In this document: one piece after another, positions 38,678 to 48,690 of the stretch | How the letters are laid out: each line of letters starts with the position of its first letter | Position numbering within the stretch: the first letter of the stretch is position 1 | Source of the DNA: an uncultured Eubacteriales bacterium | GTDB lineage: Bacteria > Bacillota > Clostridia > RUG12999 | NCBI GenBank assembly: GCA_964592375.1 | Contig: CAZQDP010000005.1 | Location: forward strand, 148-64,147 | Length of the DNA stretch: 64,000 bases | Direction of reading: 5' to 3' | Program-made: the position numbers and the translations under genes | The notes under the pieces: model-generated | Database searches by the model: none | Told to the model about the DNA's origin: nothing | Seen by the model: only the letters and a program-made list of their open reading frames with translations

Positions 38678-40453
38678 GTGGCGAAGATTAATACATATCA
38701 GCAGGATGAAGAGCTGAAAGTGAAGCTGAATAAAAGCCATCTGCAAAAAGCCGCAACCTATATCCTGCCATATCGAAAAGAATTTATCCTAACCATTTTT
38801 GTGGTGCTCCTTGCTACCATTTGTAGCACAGCGGGGCCATATATCATCAAGCAGGCCATTGATGTGATGATCCCCCAAAAAAGCATTTCCGGGCTGGTGC
38901 TTTTGGGAGTTATTTATTTGGTCACCGTGATTATTTCCGGCTTTGCCATGTATTTTAGAATGAAATACATGAACTATGTGGGCCAGAGCATTATTTTTGA
39001 TATTCGAAGGGATTTGTTTGCGCATCTGCAAAAGCTCCCCTTTACGTATTACGATGAAAGGCCGCACGGCAAAATCATGGTGCGTGTGGTCAATTATGTG
39101 AACTCCATTTCGGATATGTTTTCCAATGGGATTATCAATGCCATTATGGACGTGTTTTCCATTATCGTGGTGCTTGGTTTTATGCTGATGACCAGCGTAA
39201 AGTTTACCATCATTCTGCTTTGCAGTATACCTTTATTAACACTGATTATCTTTAGCCTGCGCAAAGTGCACAGAAAGGCATGGCAGGCATATAGTGATAA
39301 AAACTCCAACCTCAATGCCTATTTGCATGAAAGCATTAACGGCATAAGAGTTACCCAAGCATTTGCAAGAGAAAAGAAAAATGCACGAATTTTTACGCGC
39401 ATATCAGGGGATACCTTCCGCCACTTTATGAAAGGCAAAGCCATCGAGTTTCTGATTTGGCCCACCACCATGCTGATATCGGATTTTACCATATGCACCG
39501 TGTATTTTTTAGGTGTAGCCGCGATATTTCGAGGTGAAATTACAGTGGGTGTAGTCATTGCCATCATTGCCTACATCGGTAGGTTTTGGGGACCCATTAA
39601 CAATATGAGCAGTCTGTATAACAGTGTAATGACCAACGCCGCCTATTTGGACAGGATATTTGAAACCATGAATGAAGAAATTACCATAGAGGATGCCCCC
39701 GATGCATACGAGCTGCCAAAGGGGAAGGGCACTGTGGAATTTGTTCATGTGAGCTTTTCATATGAAGAGGGCAGGCCCGTGCTCCAGGATATATCCTTTC
39801 GGATAGAGCCGGGGCAAAGCGTAGCGCTGGTGGGGCATACCGGCGCGGGCAAGACCACCATTGTCAATTTGCTAAGCAGGTACTACGATCTGCAAGAAGG
39901 CCAAATTTGTATTGATGGGCATGATACTCGTAGTGTTACCATCAAATCATTGCGAAGCCGCATTGGGTATATGTTGCAAGACAGCTTTATTTTTTCCGGC
40001 AGTATCCTCGAAAATATCCGTTATGGCAAAATAGAGGCCACGGATGAGGAGGTGATTTGCGCCGCAAAAGCAGCCTGCGCCCATGATTTTATCATGGAGC
40101 AAAAGGACGGCTACCATACCTGTGTCAGTGAGCGAGGCGCAACCCTATCGGCAGGGCAAAGGCAGCTGATTTCCCTCTCCAGGGCTATGCTCAAAAACCC
40201 CGATATTTTGGTGCTGGATGAGGCCACCTCCGCGATTGACACAGAAACAGAAGCAAGGCTGATGGAAGGCATTGCTAATATTCTTAAAGATCGAACTGCC
40301 TTTCTCATTGCCCACAGACTATCCACCATCAAAAACGCCGATCGCATTATGGTCATCGGCGAAAAAAGCATTTTAGAAGATGGCACCCACGAGGAGCTTA
40401 TGGCGCTAAGGGGTGAGTATTACCATTTTTATGTTACGCAAAATCAGGAATGA
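38678..40453 (+). CDS. ABC exporter, fused permease/ATPase, subunit 2 (heterodimer partner)
   Basis: The TMD is followed by Walker A (GHTGAGKTT), the signature LSAGQRQL and Walker B (ILVLDEA). The gene lies immediately downstream of subunit 1. Confidence 0.8.
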   Translation: MAKINTYQQDEELKVKLNKSHLQKAATYILPYRKEFILTIFVVLLATICSTAGPYIIKQAIDVMIPQKSISGLVLLGVIYLVTVIISGFAMYFRMKYMNYVGQSIIFDIRRDLFAHLQKLPFTYYDERPHGKIMVRVVNYVNSISDMFSNGIINAIMDVFSIIVVLGFMLMTSVKFTIILLCSIPLLTLIIFSLRKVHRKAWQAYSDKNSNLNAYLHESINGIRVTQAFAREKKNARIFTRISGDTFRHFMKGKAIEFLIWPTTMLISDFTICTVYFLGVAAIFRGEITVGVVIAIIAYIGRFWGPINNMSSLYNSVMTNAAYLDRIFETMNEEITIEDAPDAYELPKGKGTVEFVHVSFSYEEGRPVLQDISFRIEPGQSVALVGHTGAGKTTIVNLLSRYYDLQEGQICIDGHDTRSVTIKSLRSRIGYMLQDSFIFSGSILENIRYGKIEATDEEVICAAKAACAHDFIMEQKDGYHTCVSERGATLSAGQRQLISLSRAMLKNPDILVLDEATSAIDTETEARLMEGIANILKDRTAFLIAHRLSTIKNADRIMVIGEKSILEDGTHEELMALRGEYYHFYVTQNQE

Positions 40454-40618
40454 ACAAGGGTTAATTTTGCTTATAGTATGCTGACAAGCAAAGATTTTGG
40501 CATTCTTTGAATATATGCTTCAAACCCATAAATGTATTGAAAATATTAGGCACATATGATATAATAAACATCGTCGTGAAAGGCCTATACAGAGGCACTT
40601 AAAAAAGGAGCGGTCCAT

Positions 40619-42592
40619 ATGAAAACTATCGTACATTTATTAATTCTTTCCATGAGTCTTGGCATGCTGTTTGCTTTTTCCCCCTTGTGTGCGGGAGCAC
40701 AGTCAAAGCCCTTTGAAGATGGAGATAGGGTACTGATTATTGGAGATAGCATTACCCATTATGGTGTATATCATATGCTCCTCAATGAATTTTATCAAAC
40801 CAGATATCCGGGTAGCAATATCAAATTTTTTAGTGGCGGCCGCTCGGGAGATACTGCCGCGGGTGCGCTAGTGCGCTTGCCGGAGGAAATTGAAAAGGTT
40901 AAACCGACAAAGGCCACGGTGATGCTGGGCATGAACGATGTGGGAAGAACCAGCTATTCTGCCGCTATTCCATCGGAGACGCAGCTAAAAAGCAGAATGG
41001 ACATGATCGATACATATGAAAAAAATGTAGAAAAAATTGTTGATCTGCTTCAAGAAAAAAAGATAGAAGTAACACTCATTACGCCCACACCCTATGACGA
41101 TACCCTGCAAGCAGCAGCAGTGAACAATGTGGGCTATGGCGGGGCACTGCGAGAAGCAACCCTCAGAATGAAGGCAATCGGGCAGAAAAAAGGGGTTGCG
41201 GTCATTGATGTCAATACGCCCATGAATGCCATCAATTTTGCCATCCAAAAGGATAATCCTGCGGCAACCATTATCGGAGCAGACAGAATTCATCCCGGAG
41301 TGGACGGGCACAACGTAATGGCGCAACTGATTTTGCAACAGCAAGGCGCGTTGGGCGACGTAGCCTCTGTCCATATTGACGGGAGCGGCGCAAAGCTGAT
41401 TACCGCCAAGGATGCGAAGGTGACTGCGATTACAAAGATGGGCGGCGGACTGCAATTTACCTATCAGCCACAGCGCCTACCGGCCTTTGCGGACAGTAAC
41501 TATATGATTGCCGATTCATATGTAAATTTCACAAAGGATATCAATCGAGAAACCATTACCATTACCAATCTTACCCCTGCGGTATACCAGCTCAAAATTG
41601 ACGGCAAGGAAGCAGGAGAGTATACACATATCGGATTTTCATATGGGGTCAATATTGCAACCCTTGCGGCAAATGCCCAAAGGGATACACTCGCCAAGAT
41701 TCGCTCCGTAAGCACGGCGAGATATAATACGCAAATCAAGCTGCGGGACAAAGCCTTTACCTTATGGATGATGAAAAGCCAAGGGTATTCCGATATGAAA
41801 AAATACTACGATGATAAATATACCAATATGGATGCATTTAATCGCACAAGGCTGGACAATGCACTCTATGCCATGGATCATGAGGCGGACATTGATAAGC
41901 AAGTTGAAGCTTATGAGCAGGAGATGGAAAGTCTTATCAAACCGGCTGCGTGCAAGATGGAGATAATAAAGACTGATAAAGTGTTGCCGGTGGAAACGCC
42001 TACACCTACCCCATCCCCCACGCCCACGCCAACGCCAACGCCAACTCCCGTGCCAACACCAAAAATGGAAATTGAGGGAATAAAAGAGCACTGGGGCGAG
42101 ATGTATATTGAAAGACTGGGCGGCGAAGGACTGCTGAAGGGCATGTATAGCGGGGGTGATTTTGCGCCGGATAAACCTGTGACTCGAGCGGAATTTGCGG
42201 CACTAGCCGCAAGAGCCGGCAAGTTCCTTGCAAAATCAAATACAAATCCTTTTTCAGATGTTGATAAGCTAGCATGGCATTATGAGGATTTGATTGCCTC
42301 CTATGAAAATGGGCTCATTAAGGGTACAGGGGATGGGCTCTTTAGCCCCGACCTTACTATTTCCCGTCAGGACATGGCAGTGATGCTACAAAGAGGCTTT
42401 GCGTATCCTACGGCGCCCCCATCAGACTTTGTGGATCGGGCAGAAATTGCCGATTATGCAAAGCAGGCGGTGGATTCCTGCGTGAAAAAGGGCATTATTA
42501 CGGGAAATCCCGGCAAGGTTTTTGAGCCGGAGGGCCTGGTAACAAGAGCACAAATGGCAGCGGTACTGTGCAGAGTAATGGTGAGCAGATAA
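40619..42592 (+). CDS. Cell-surface SGNH/GDSL-family hydrolase with PT linker and three C-terminal SLH domains
   Basis: A signal peptide is present. SGNH block I reads LIIGDSITHYG and block III reads GMNDV. A (TP)n linker (TPTPTPSPTPTPTPTPTPVPTP) precedes three SLH repeats (FSDVDKLAWHYEDLIASYENGLIKGTGDG...). Confidence 0.65.
   Translation: MKTIVHLLILSMSLGMLFAFSPLCAGAQSKPFEDGDRVLIIGDSITHYGVYHMLLNEFYQTRYPGSNIKFFSGGRSGDTAAGALVRLPEEIEKVKPTKATVMLGMNDVGRTSYSAAIPSETQLKSRMDMIDTYEKNVEKIVDLLQEKKIEVTLITPTPYDDTLQAAAVNNVGYGGALREATLRMKAIGQKKGVAVIDVNTPMNAINFAIQKDNPAATIIGADRIHPGVDGHNVMAQLILQQQGALGDVASVHIDGSGAKLITAKDAKVTAITKMGGGLQFTYQPQRLPAFADSNYMIADSYVNFTKDINRETITITNLTPAVYQLKIDGKEAGEYTHIGFSYGVNIATLAANAQRDTLAKIRSVSTARYNTQIKLRDKAFTLWMMKSQGYSDMKKYYDDKYTNMDAFNRTRLDNALYAMDHEADIDKQVEAYEQEMESLIKPAACKMEIIKTDKVLPVETPTPTPSPTPTPTPTPTPVPTPKMEIEGIKEHWGEMYIERLGGEGLLKGMYSGGDFAPDKPVTRAEFAALAARAGKFLAKSNTNPFSDVDKLAWHYEDLIASYENGLIKGTGDGLFSPDLTISRQDMAVMLQRGFAYPTAPPSDFVDRAEIADYAKQAVDSCVKKGIITGNPGKVFEPEGLVTRAQMAAVLCRVMVSR
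41995..42062. repeat. Short tandem repeat encoding a (TP)n linker
   Basis: cctacacctaccccatcccccacgcccacgccaacgccaacgccaact. Confidence 0.6.
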
Positions 42593-42656
42593 GGTAAAAG
42601 ATGGTGTTTTCCCTGCAAAAAGGTGCGCCTACAATGGGAAAAGTGAGGATAAAAAC

Positions 42657-45600
42657 ATGCAAAGGCTGATGCAAATTGCAAGGGAGATGCATATTGAAAA
42701 TAGCGAGGATATCGTGGTGGAGGATTTATTGCTCTACCGCAAAAGCAAACGGATAGAACTTTTTCTAAAGAGCAAAAGAGTGCTAGGAGAAAGCGAAAAT
42801 TCTCATATAAAGGAAGTTTTAAGGCTTCGATACATGATAGAGGACGTAAGGCTTCATGTCAAGTATACCTTCGAACTTACCTCGGATAATATGGGGGACT
42901 ATCTAAATCATCTTGCCCTTCGCATGAAGGAGCATTCCGCCCTATGCGCATTTTTGCTAAGCACCGCCACCGCAGAGATAGAAAAAGATACCATACAAAT
43001 TTTCACGCCGCATGATAGTGCCCATCTTTTGGAGAAGCAGAGCTGTGGCAAAATGATAGAAGCCATTGTTTTTGAAGAGATGGGGAAAAAGGTCGCGGTG
43101 TTCATTGTGGATAATGGTGAGGAAAAGAGCAAATACGAAAATCAAGAAAAGGAAGTGCAACGATTCGCTCCTAAGGAGGCGGCAAAGGTTGACTTTGATG
43201 CGCCTTTACCGAAAAAGCACCCAGCACTGCATATCGATGCAGAGCAGGTGCCTCAAGCAGTGGAGGCGTGGGAAGCAGTGCAGGACGAAGCACCAATGCC
43301 CGCAGAGTCACCAAGCCAGGCTTTGGAAGAGGAAAAAGAAGCTTCCACCCATAAAAAAGTGCTTAAAGGGCGCAAAATTGAAGGAGATTTCACCCCTATT
43401 GTGAAGATTACAGCATCTTCAGGCAAGGTAAATATCTGGGGGGATATTTTCACCAGTGAGGTGCGGGAGCTGAAAAGCGGCCGAAAGCTGATTAGCTTTA
43501 CCTTGACCGATTATACAAGCTCTATCAAGGTGAAATTTTTTACCGGGTCGAAAAATAAGGACAAAAAATCAGAAACTGCAGAAAAGCTTGCCGCAAGCCT
43601 GAAAGCAAATATGCGCGTGGCGGTCAGCGGACGCGCGGAATTTGACGAGTATGAAAAGCAGTTGGTCATCATGTGCAGTGATATTTGTGAGCAGAACGTG
43701 GAAAAAAGAATGGACAATGCACCCGAAAAACGAGTGGAGCTACATATGCATACCCAGATGTCCGCCATGGATGGCATCACGCCGGTAAAAAGCCTCATTG
43801 AGCGTGCGGCCTCTTGGGGACATGCGGCCATCGCCATTACGGATCACGGCGTTGTGCAGGCGTTTCCCGATGCATATGATGCGGCAAAGACGGCTGCAAA
43901 AAAAGGATGCCCCATCAAAATTCTCTATGGGATGGAGGGTTATTTGCGCCGCGCAAGCGTAAACTGTGTGTATCACCCTAGGCCGCGTTGTTTGACGGAA
44001 GAAATCGTTATTTTTGATATTGAAACCACAGGTCTTAGTCCTACTGCGGAAGCCATCATCGAAATTGGCGCTGTAAGGCTTTTGGATGGAGAAATTACGG
44101 ATCGGTTTAACTCCTTTGTCAACCCCAAAAGGCCCATACCATCTTTTATCACCGAGCTGACAGGCATTGATGACAAGATGGTGGCAGAAGCCCCACAGAT
44201 TAAAGAAGTCTTGGAAGATTTTTATGCCTTTGTGGGAGAGGCACCCTTATGCGCGCACAATGCAACCTTTGATACCTCCTTTGTACGCCAGCACGCATCA
44301 CAGGTGGGACTTCCCTTTGACTTTTGTTATATTGATACCTTAGAGATGGCAAGAAGTCTTTTGCCGGAGCTGAAAAATCATAAATTGGGCACGATTGTAA
44401 AGCATTTGGGTATTGAGCTGGTTAATCATCACCGTGCCTCGGATGATGCAGAGGCTACCGCTCATATCTTAAAGCATTTTATTGACACACTGGCAAAGCA
44501 GGAAATTACTTGCATTAGCAGTCTTAATACAGCACTTGCGGGACGAAACGAAAAAAAGGCAGGCACATACCACATTATGCTCCTTGCGAAAAATAAGGAA
44601 GGTCTGCAGAATTTGTATCGTATTGTCAGTGCATCGCATTTGGAGTATTTTTATAAAAAGCCTGTGATACCGATGGAGCTTCTGGAAAAGCATCGGGAGG
44701 GGCTGATTATCGGTTCTGCCTGCGAGAGCGGCGAGTTATATTCCGCACTACTTTGCGGAGCGAGTCAATCGGAAATTGAAAGAATTGCAAAGTTTTATGA
44801 TTATTATGAGGTACAGCCCATAGACAATAATTTATTCCTGGTAAACGAAGGCAGAGTGAAAAACCGTGAAGGGCTCAGGGAAATAAATAAAAAAATTGTC
44901 GCATTAGGAGCAAAGCTACAAAAACCCGTCGTCGCCACCTGCGACGTGCATTTTATGGATAAGGAGGATGAAATGCTACGTCGGATTATTATGGATGCAC
45001 TGAAGTTTTCCGATGTGGACAATCAGCCCCCCTTATATCTGCGCACCACCGAGGAGATGCTGGAGGAATTTTCGTATTTGGGAGAGAAAACGGCTTATGA
45101 GGTGGTGGTGAAAAACACCAACCGATTAGCGGATATGATAGAAGCAGTGCAGCTGTTGCCAAATGAAGCACATCCACCCAAAATGCCGGGTGTGGAAGAG
45201 GAACTCATCAAAATCTCCACCGGCAAGGCAAAAGAAATTTATGGCGAGAATTTGCCGGAAATTGTGAAAGAGCGCATGGACAGAGAGCTTGCCTCCATCA
45301 TCAAACACGGCTTTGCGGTGATGTATATTATTGCACAGAGGCTGGTGGCAAAATCCTTATCCGATGGCTATTTGGTGGGCTCCAGAGGCAGTGTTGGTTC
45401 ATCCTTTGTGGCATTTCTGGCGGGCATTACCGAGGTGAACGCATTAGAACCCCACTATGTTTGTCCCGCTTGCCGACATAGTGAGGTTATTTTGGACGGT
45501 TCGGTGGGCTGTGGTGCGGATATGGAGGATAAGAACTGCCCAAGCTGTGGCACATTGTACTGCAAAGATGGGTATGACATTCCCTTTGAAACCTTTCTGG

Positions 45601-47039
45601 GCTTTGATGGAGACAAGGAACCGGATATTGACCTGAATTTTTCGGGAGATTATCAGCCCATTGCGCATAAATATACAGAAGAGCTCTTTGGCGCAGGATA
45701 TGTATTTCGAGCAGGGACCATCGGCACCATTGCAGAGAAAACAGCCTACGGATTTATTATGAAATATTTTGAGAAAAGAAATAGTAAGCCTCCGGCGGCG
45801 GAGGTGGACCGGTTGGTCAAGGGCTGTACCGGCATCAAGCGAACCACAGGGCAGCATCCTGGTGGCATTATGGTGGTGCCACGAGATGAGGATATTCATT
45901 GGTACTGCCCCGTTCAGCGTCCGGCCGATGATGAGGCGAAGGACATTATCACGACTCATTTTGACTATCATTCCATTTCAGGCAAACTTCTGAAACTGGA
46001 TATTTTGGGTCATGACGATCCGACTGTTATCCGTATGCTACAGGACTTGACAGGGGTGGACCCACAAAGCATTCAAATTGGCGATGCCAGGGTAATGAAC
46101 CTGTTTGCAGATACAAAGGTACTGGGCGTTACACCGGAGCAAATTTTCAGTGAAGTGGGTACCTTTGGCGTTCCTGAATTCGGCACGAGCTTCGTGCGCA
46201 AAATGCTGGTGGATACAAAGCCCACCACCTTCGCAGAGCTTGTGCGCATTTCCGGTCTATCCCACGGGACGGATGTATGGCTGAACAATGCGCAGGATTT
46301 GGTGAAAAGCGGTGTGGCTTCCCTAAGAGAGGTCATATGTACACGTGATGATATTATGACATATCTTATTCATGCAGGTCTTGAAAAGAAGCAGGCGTTT
46401 AAAATCATGGAAAGTGTACGTAAAGGAAAGGGCTTAACAGAAGAAATGGAGCAGGTGATGGTGGAGAATAACGTGCCGGATTGGTATATTTCTTCCTGCA
46501 AAAAAATTAAATACATGTTCCCCAAGGCGCATGCTGTAGCTTATGTAATGATGGCGTTTCGCATTGCGTATTTTAAGCTATATTATCCTAAGGAGTATTA
46601 TACAACATACTTTACCGTGCGAGCAGATGATTTCGACGCCAATATCATGACGGGCACCCGTGAGGAAATCGGGCAGCGGCTTGCAGAGCATTATAAAAAG
46701 GAAGAGATGACCACCAAGGAAAAAAATCAGCTGACCATTCTTGAAATGTGCAATGAAATGTACCTGCGAGGGCTAGCATTTTCACAAATTGACATTTACA
46801 GATCGCATGCAGTAAGGTTTATGCCGGATGAGGAAGGAATTTTGCCACCACTAAGTGCCATGCCCGGTCTTGGCAAATCGGCTGCAGAGAGTATTGTGCA
46901 AGCAAGGGTAGAGAGTGAATTTACCAGCATTGAGGATTTAAAGAAGCGCTCGAAAGTATCCAAGACCGTGGTAGAAATGCTCAAAGAAAAGGGATGCCTT
47001 GCGAGCATACCCGATACGGAGCAGATGACCATGTTTTAA
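42657..47039 (+). CDS. polC: DNA polymerase III PolC-type (Gram-positive replicative polymerase with intrinsic 3'-5' exonuclease)
   Basis: The 1460-aa protein has a PHP domain (VELHMHTQMSAMDG), a DEDD exonuclease (IFDIETTGLS...HRASDDAEAT) and a Zn-finger region (CPACRHS...CPSCG). Confidence 0.9.
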   Translation: MQRLMQIAREMHIENSEDIVVEDLLLYRKSKRIELFLKSKRVLGESENSHIKEVLRLRYMIEDVRLHVKYTFELTSDNMGDYLNHLALRMKEHSALCAFLLSTATAEIEKDTIQIFTPHDSAHLLEKQSCGKMIEAIVFEEMGKKVAVFIVDNGEEKSKYENQEKEVQRFAPKEAAKVDFDAPLPKKHPALHIDAEQVPQAVEAWEAVQDEAPMPAESPSQALEEEKEASTHKKVLKGRKIEGDFTPIVKITASSGKVNIWGDIFTSEVRELKSGRKLISFTLTDYTSSIKVKFFTGSKNKDKKSETAEKLAASLKANMRVAVSGRAEFDEYEKQLVIMCSDICEQNVEKRMDNAPEKRVELHMHTQMSAMDGITPVKSLIERAASWGHAAIAITDHGVVQAFPDAYDAAKTAAKKGCPIKILYGMEGYLRRASVNCVYHPRPRCLTEEIVIFDIETTGLSPTAEAIIEIGAVRLLDGEITDRFNSFVNPKRPIPSFITELTGIDDKMVAEAPQIKEVLEDFYAFVGEAPLCAHNATFDTSFVRQHASQVGLPFDFCYIDTLEMARSLLPELKNHKLGTIVKHLGIELVNHHRASDDAEATAHILKHFIDTLAKQEITCISSLNTALAGRNEKKAGTYHIMLLAKNKEGLQNLYRIVSASHLEYFYKKPVIPMELLEKHREGLIIGSACESGELYSALLCGASQSEIERIAKFYDYYEVQPIDNNLFLVNEGRVKNREGLREINKKIVALGAKLQKPVVATCDVHFMDKEDEMLRRIIMDALKFSDVDNQPPLYLRTTEEMLEEFSYLGEKTAYEVVVKNTNRLADMIEAVQLLPNEAHPPKMPGVEEELIKISTGKAKEIYGENLPEIVKERMDRELASIIKHGFAVMYIIAQRLVAKSLSDGYLVGSRGSVGSSFVAFLAGITEVNALEPHYVCPACRHSEVILDGSVGCGADMEDKNCPSCGTLYCKDGYDIPFETFLGFDGDKEPDIDLNFSGDYQPIAHKYTEELFGAGYVFRAGTIGTIAEKTAYGFIMKYFEKRNSKPPAAEVDRLVKGCTGIKRTTGQHPGGIMVVPRDEDIHWYCPVQRPADDEAKDIITTHFDYHSISGKLLKLDILGHDDPTVIRMLQDLTGVDPQSIQIGDARVMNLFADTKVLGVTPEQIFSEVGTFGVPEFGTSFVRKMLVDTKPTTFAELVRISGLSHGTDVWLNNAQDLVKSGVASLREVICTRDDIMTYLIHAGLEKKQAFKIMESVRKGKGLTEEMEQVMVENNVPDWYISSCKKIKYMFPKAHAVAYVMMAFRIAYFKLYYPKEYYTTYFTVRADDFDANIMTGTREEIGQRLAEHYKKEEMTTKEKNQLTILEMCNEMYLRGLAFSQIDIYRSHAVRFMPDEEGILPPLSAMPGLGKSAAESIVQARVESEFTSIEDLKKRSKVSKTVVEMLKEKGCLASIPDTEQMTMF

Positions 47040-47068
47040 TGAAGGGCAATAAGATAAATGAGGAGACT

Positions 47069-47097
47069 GCTGATTGCAGTCTCCCCTTTTTTTTAAA
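47069..47097. terminator. Bidirectional rho-independent terminator between polC and the convergent membrane-protein gene
   Basis: GGAGACTGCtgattGCAGTCTCC is followed by CCTTTTTTTT and flanked by AAAAAAA on the other side. Confidence 0.6.
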
Positions 47098-47125
47098 AAA
47101 AGCTTGCATAAAAAATGATGCTCCC

Positions 47126-48688
47126 CTATTTTTGTTTGAAAAATTTGCGTAAAATGGCACCAGTGGTAAAATAGAGAATGACGGCAAAAGAAATATCAAA
47201 ACTAAGGTTAAAGATAAACAGCTGCTTCCCCATATCCGCTTCCCCATTGCCAAGTGCCGGCAGGGGATACTGCAAAATTCCAATGAGCATAATGAAAAAC
47301 AGTAGCGAGATATATTCCCTTTTTCTTGCATCTTTTTTGATAAATTGCAAGAAAAGCACAATAAAATAGATGAGGTAATACAATACCAGAAATATAAAAG
47401 AGCGAGGCAGGAGCAAGGATTTTATGGTGTTGTGCAGTGTAAAAAAAGAATTGAGCTCTCGCTTATAGGCGGCATCTTCCTTTGTGTAGTTCCCCATCAT
47501 CCCCACCTTATTATCAAAGGCGTTTTGGGCTGTTATCTCCATTTTCTCATACAGGCGCGCCGGGCGAGATAGGTAAAATTTCAGCACGCTCTGCCTGCTT
47601 ATCCTGTCATAAAACAATTCATCAAATGCAGTGCTTTTGGTGTCAATGGGAAGGTCCACATCATATGCATTGGTGCCTGCAAGCACAGCAAGCTCAGGAG
47701 ACAAACCCAAGGCCACTAAATCCTGTGAAGGGGTGGTGGAATTCTTCAGCACACCGTAGAATACGGAATTGTACATGGTGTCTCTCTCTAAATGACCAGG
47801 AGCGCTGGTATAGATACCAATGGTGATTAGCAAAAGAAGAAAATACCCCAATAGCATGGTTACGGTATGCTTGCGGTCTCTGAGCCATACCGGTATAAGG
47901 AAGAGGGCAATGAGAAAGGAAAGCAGGGTGTATTGCATTTTTGAACCAAAGAACATATACGCAAAGATAAAAAGCCAAATCAGGGATCTTCGGCTACCGC
48001 TTTTAATATGGCAAAGTCCAAAAGCTGCCATTGCAAGGAGGGATACATAGGAACAAGCCTCCCCGTAAAAGCTATTAAAATATATGGTCTGCGTACTGTC
48101 TCCCAATCCAAAAAGCGTAAGGATGCAGAGCAGCAGAGTTAAAATGCGGTTTTGACTTTTCAGGCTCAAGATAATTAAATACACGCTGAAAAGAAGCAGT
48201 GCCATATACACCCCTGCCATATAGCGAAGATCAAAAATGCCGCTTTCATGGAAAAGACTGCTCAGGCAAATGCCAATGGTTACAATAATATTCTGGCTGA
48301 CTGCATAAATTTCCTGTACCCGAAAGAAGGGTGCAATAAAATAAAACAGTGTGAGCGATAAAGACTGGAGCACGGGGGGGATTTCAATGGGAAGCCCTTC
48401 ATAGGCCGAATAGGTATATATCGGCACATAATAGTCATAAAAAAGAGGCACATCCGGCTGATGAAACCCATAGGGCACGAGCATTCTTGCAAAATCTCCA
48501 TTGTCTGCCACGCCTCGATATGGCGGCAAAAAAAGCAGTATCACCATGATGATTAGCATAATGGCAGGTGTAAGCACCTGAGGAGAAAGCAAGGCGTTTA
48601 TACATTGCTTTGCACTGAGACTTTTCAAAAATATATTACATCGATTAAAAAATGATTTCAACACGATTTTCCTCCGTATCCCACACAA
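47126..48688 (-). CDS. Uncharacterised polytopic membrane protein (~12 TM, 520 aa), co-transcribed downstream of dnaE
   Basis: The protein is strongly hydrophobic with multiple TM segments. No recognisable catalytic motif was seen by eye. It lies 3 bp downstream of dnaE on the same strand. Confidence 0.4.
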   Translation of the reverse strand: MCGIRRKIVLKSFFNRCNIFLKSLSAKQCINALLSPQVLTPAIMLIIMVILLFLPPYRGVADNGDFARMLVPYGFHQPDVPLFYDYYVPIYTYSAYEGLPIEIPPVLQSLSLTLFYFIAPFFRVQEIYAVSQNIIVTIGICLSSLFHESGIFDLRYMAGVYMALLLFSVYLIILSLKSQNRILTLLLCILTLFGLGDSTQTIYFNSFYGEACSYVSLLAMAAFGLCHIKSGSRRSLIWLFIFAYMFFGSKMQYTLLSFLIALFLIPVWLRDRKHTVTMLLGYFLLLLITIGIYTSAPGHLERDTMYNSVFYGVLKNSTTPSQDLVALGLSPELAVLAGTNAYDVDLPIDTKSTAFDELFYDRISRQSVLKFYLSRPARLYEKMEITAQNAFDNKVGMMGNYTKEDAAYKRELNSFFTLHNTIKSLLLPRSFIFLVLYYLIYFIVLFLQFIKKDARKREYISLLFFIMLIGILQYPLPALGNGEADMGKQLFIFNLSFDISFAVILYFTTGAILRKFFKQK

Positions 48689-48690
48689 AA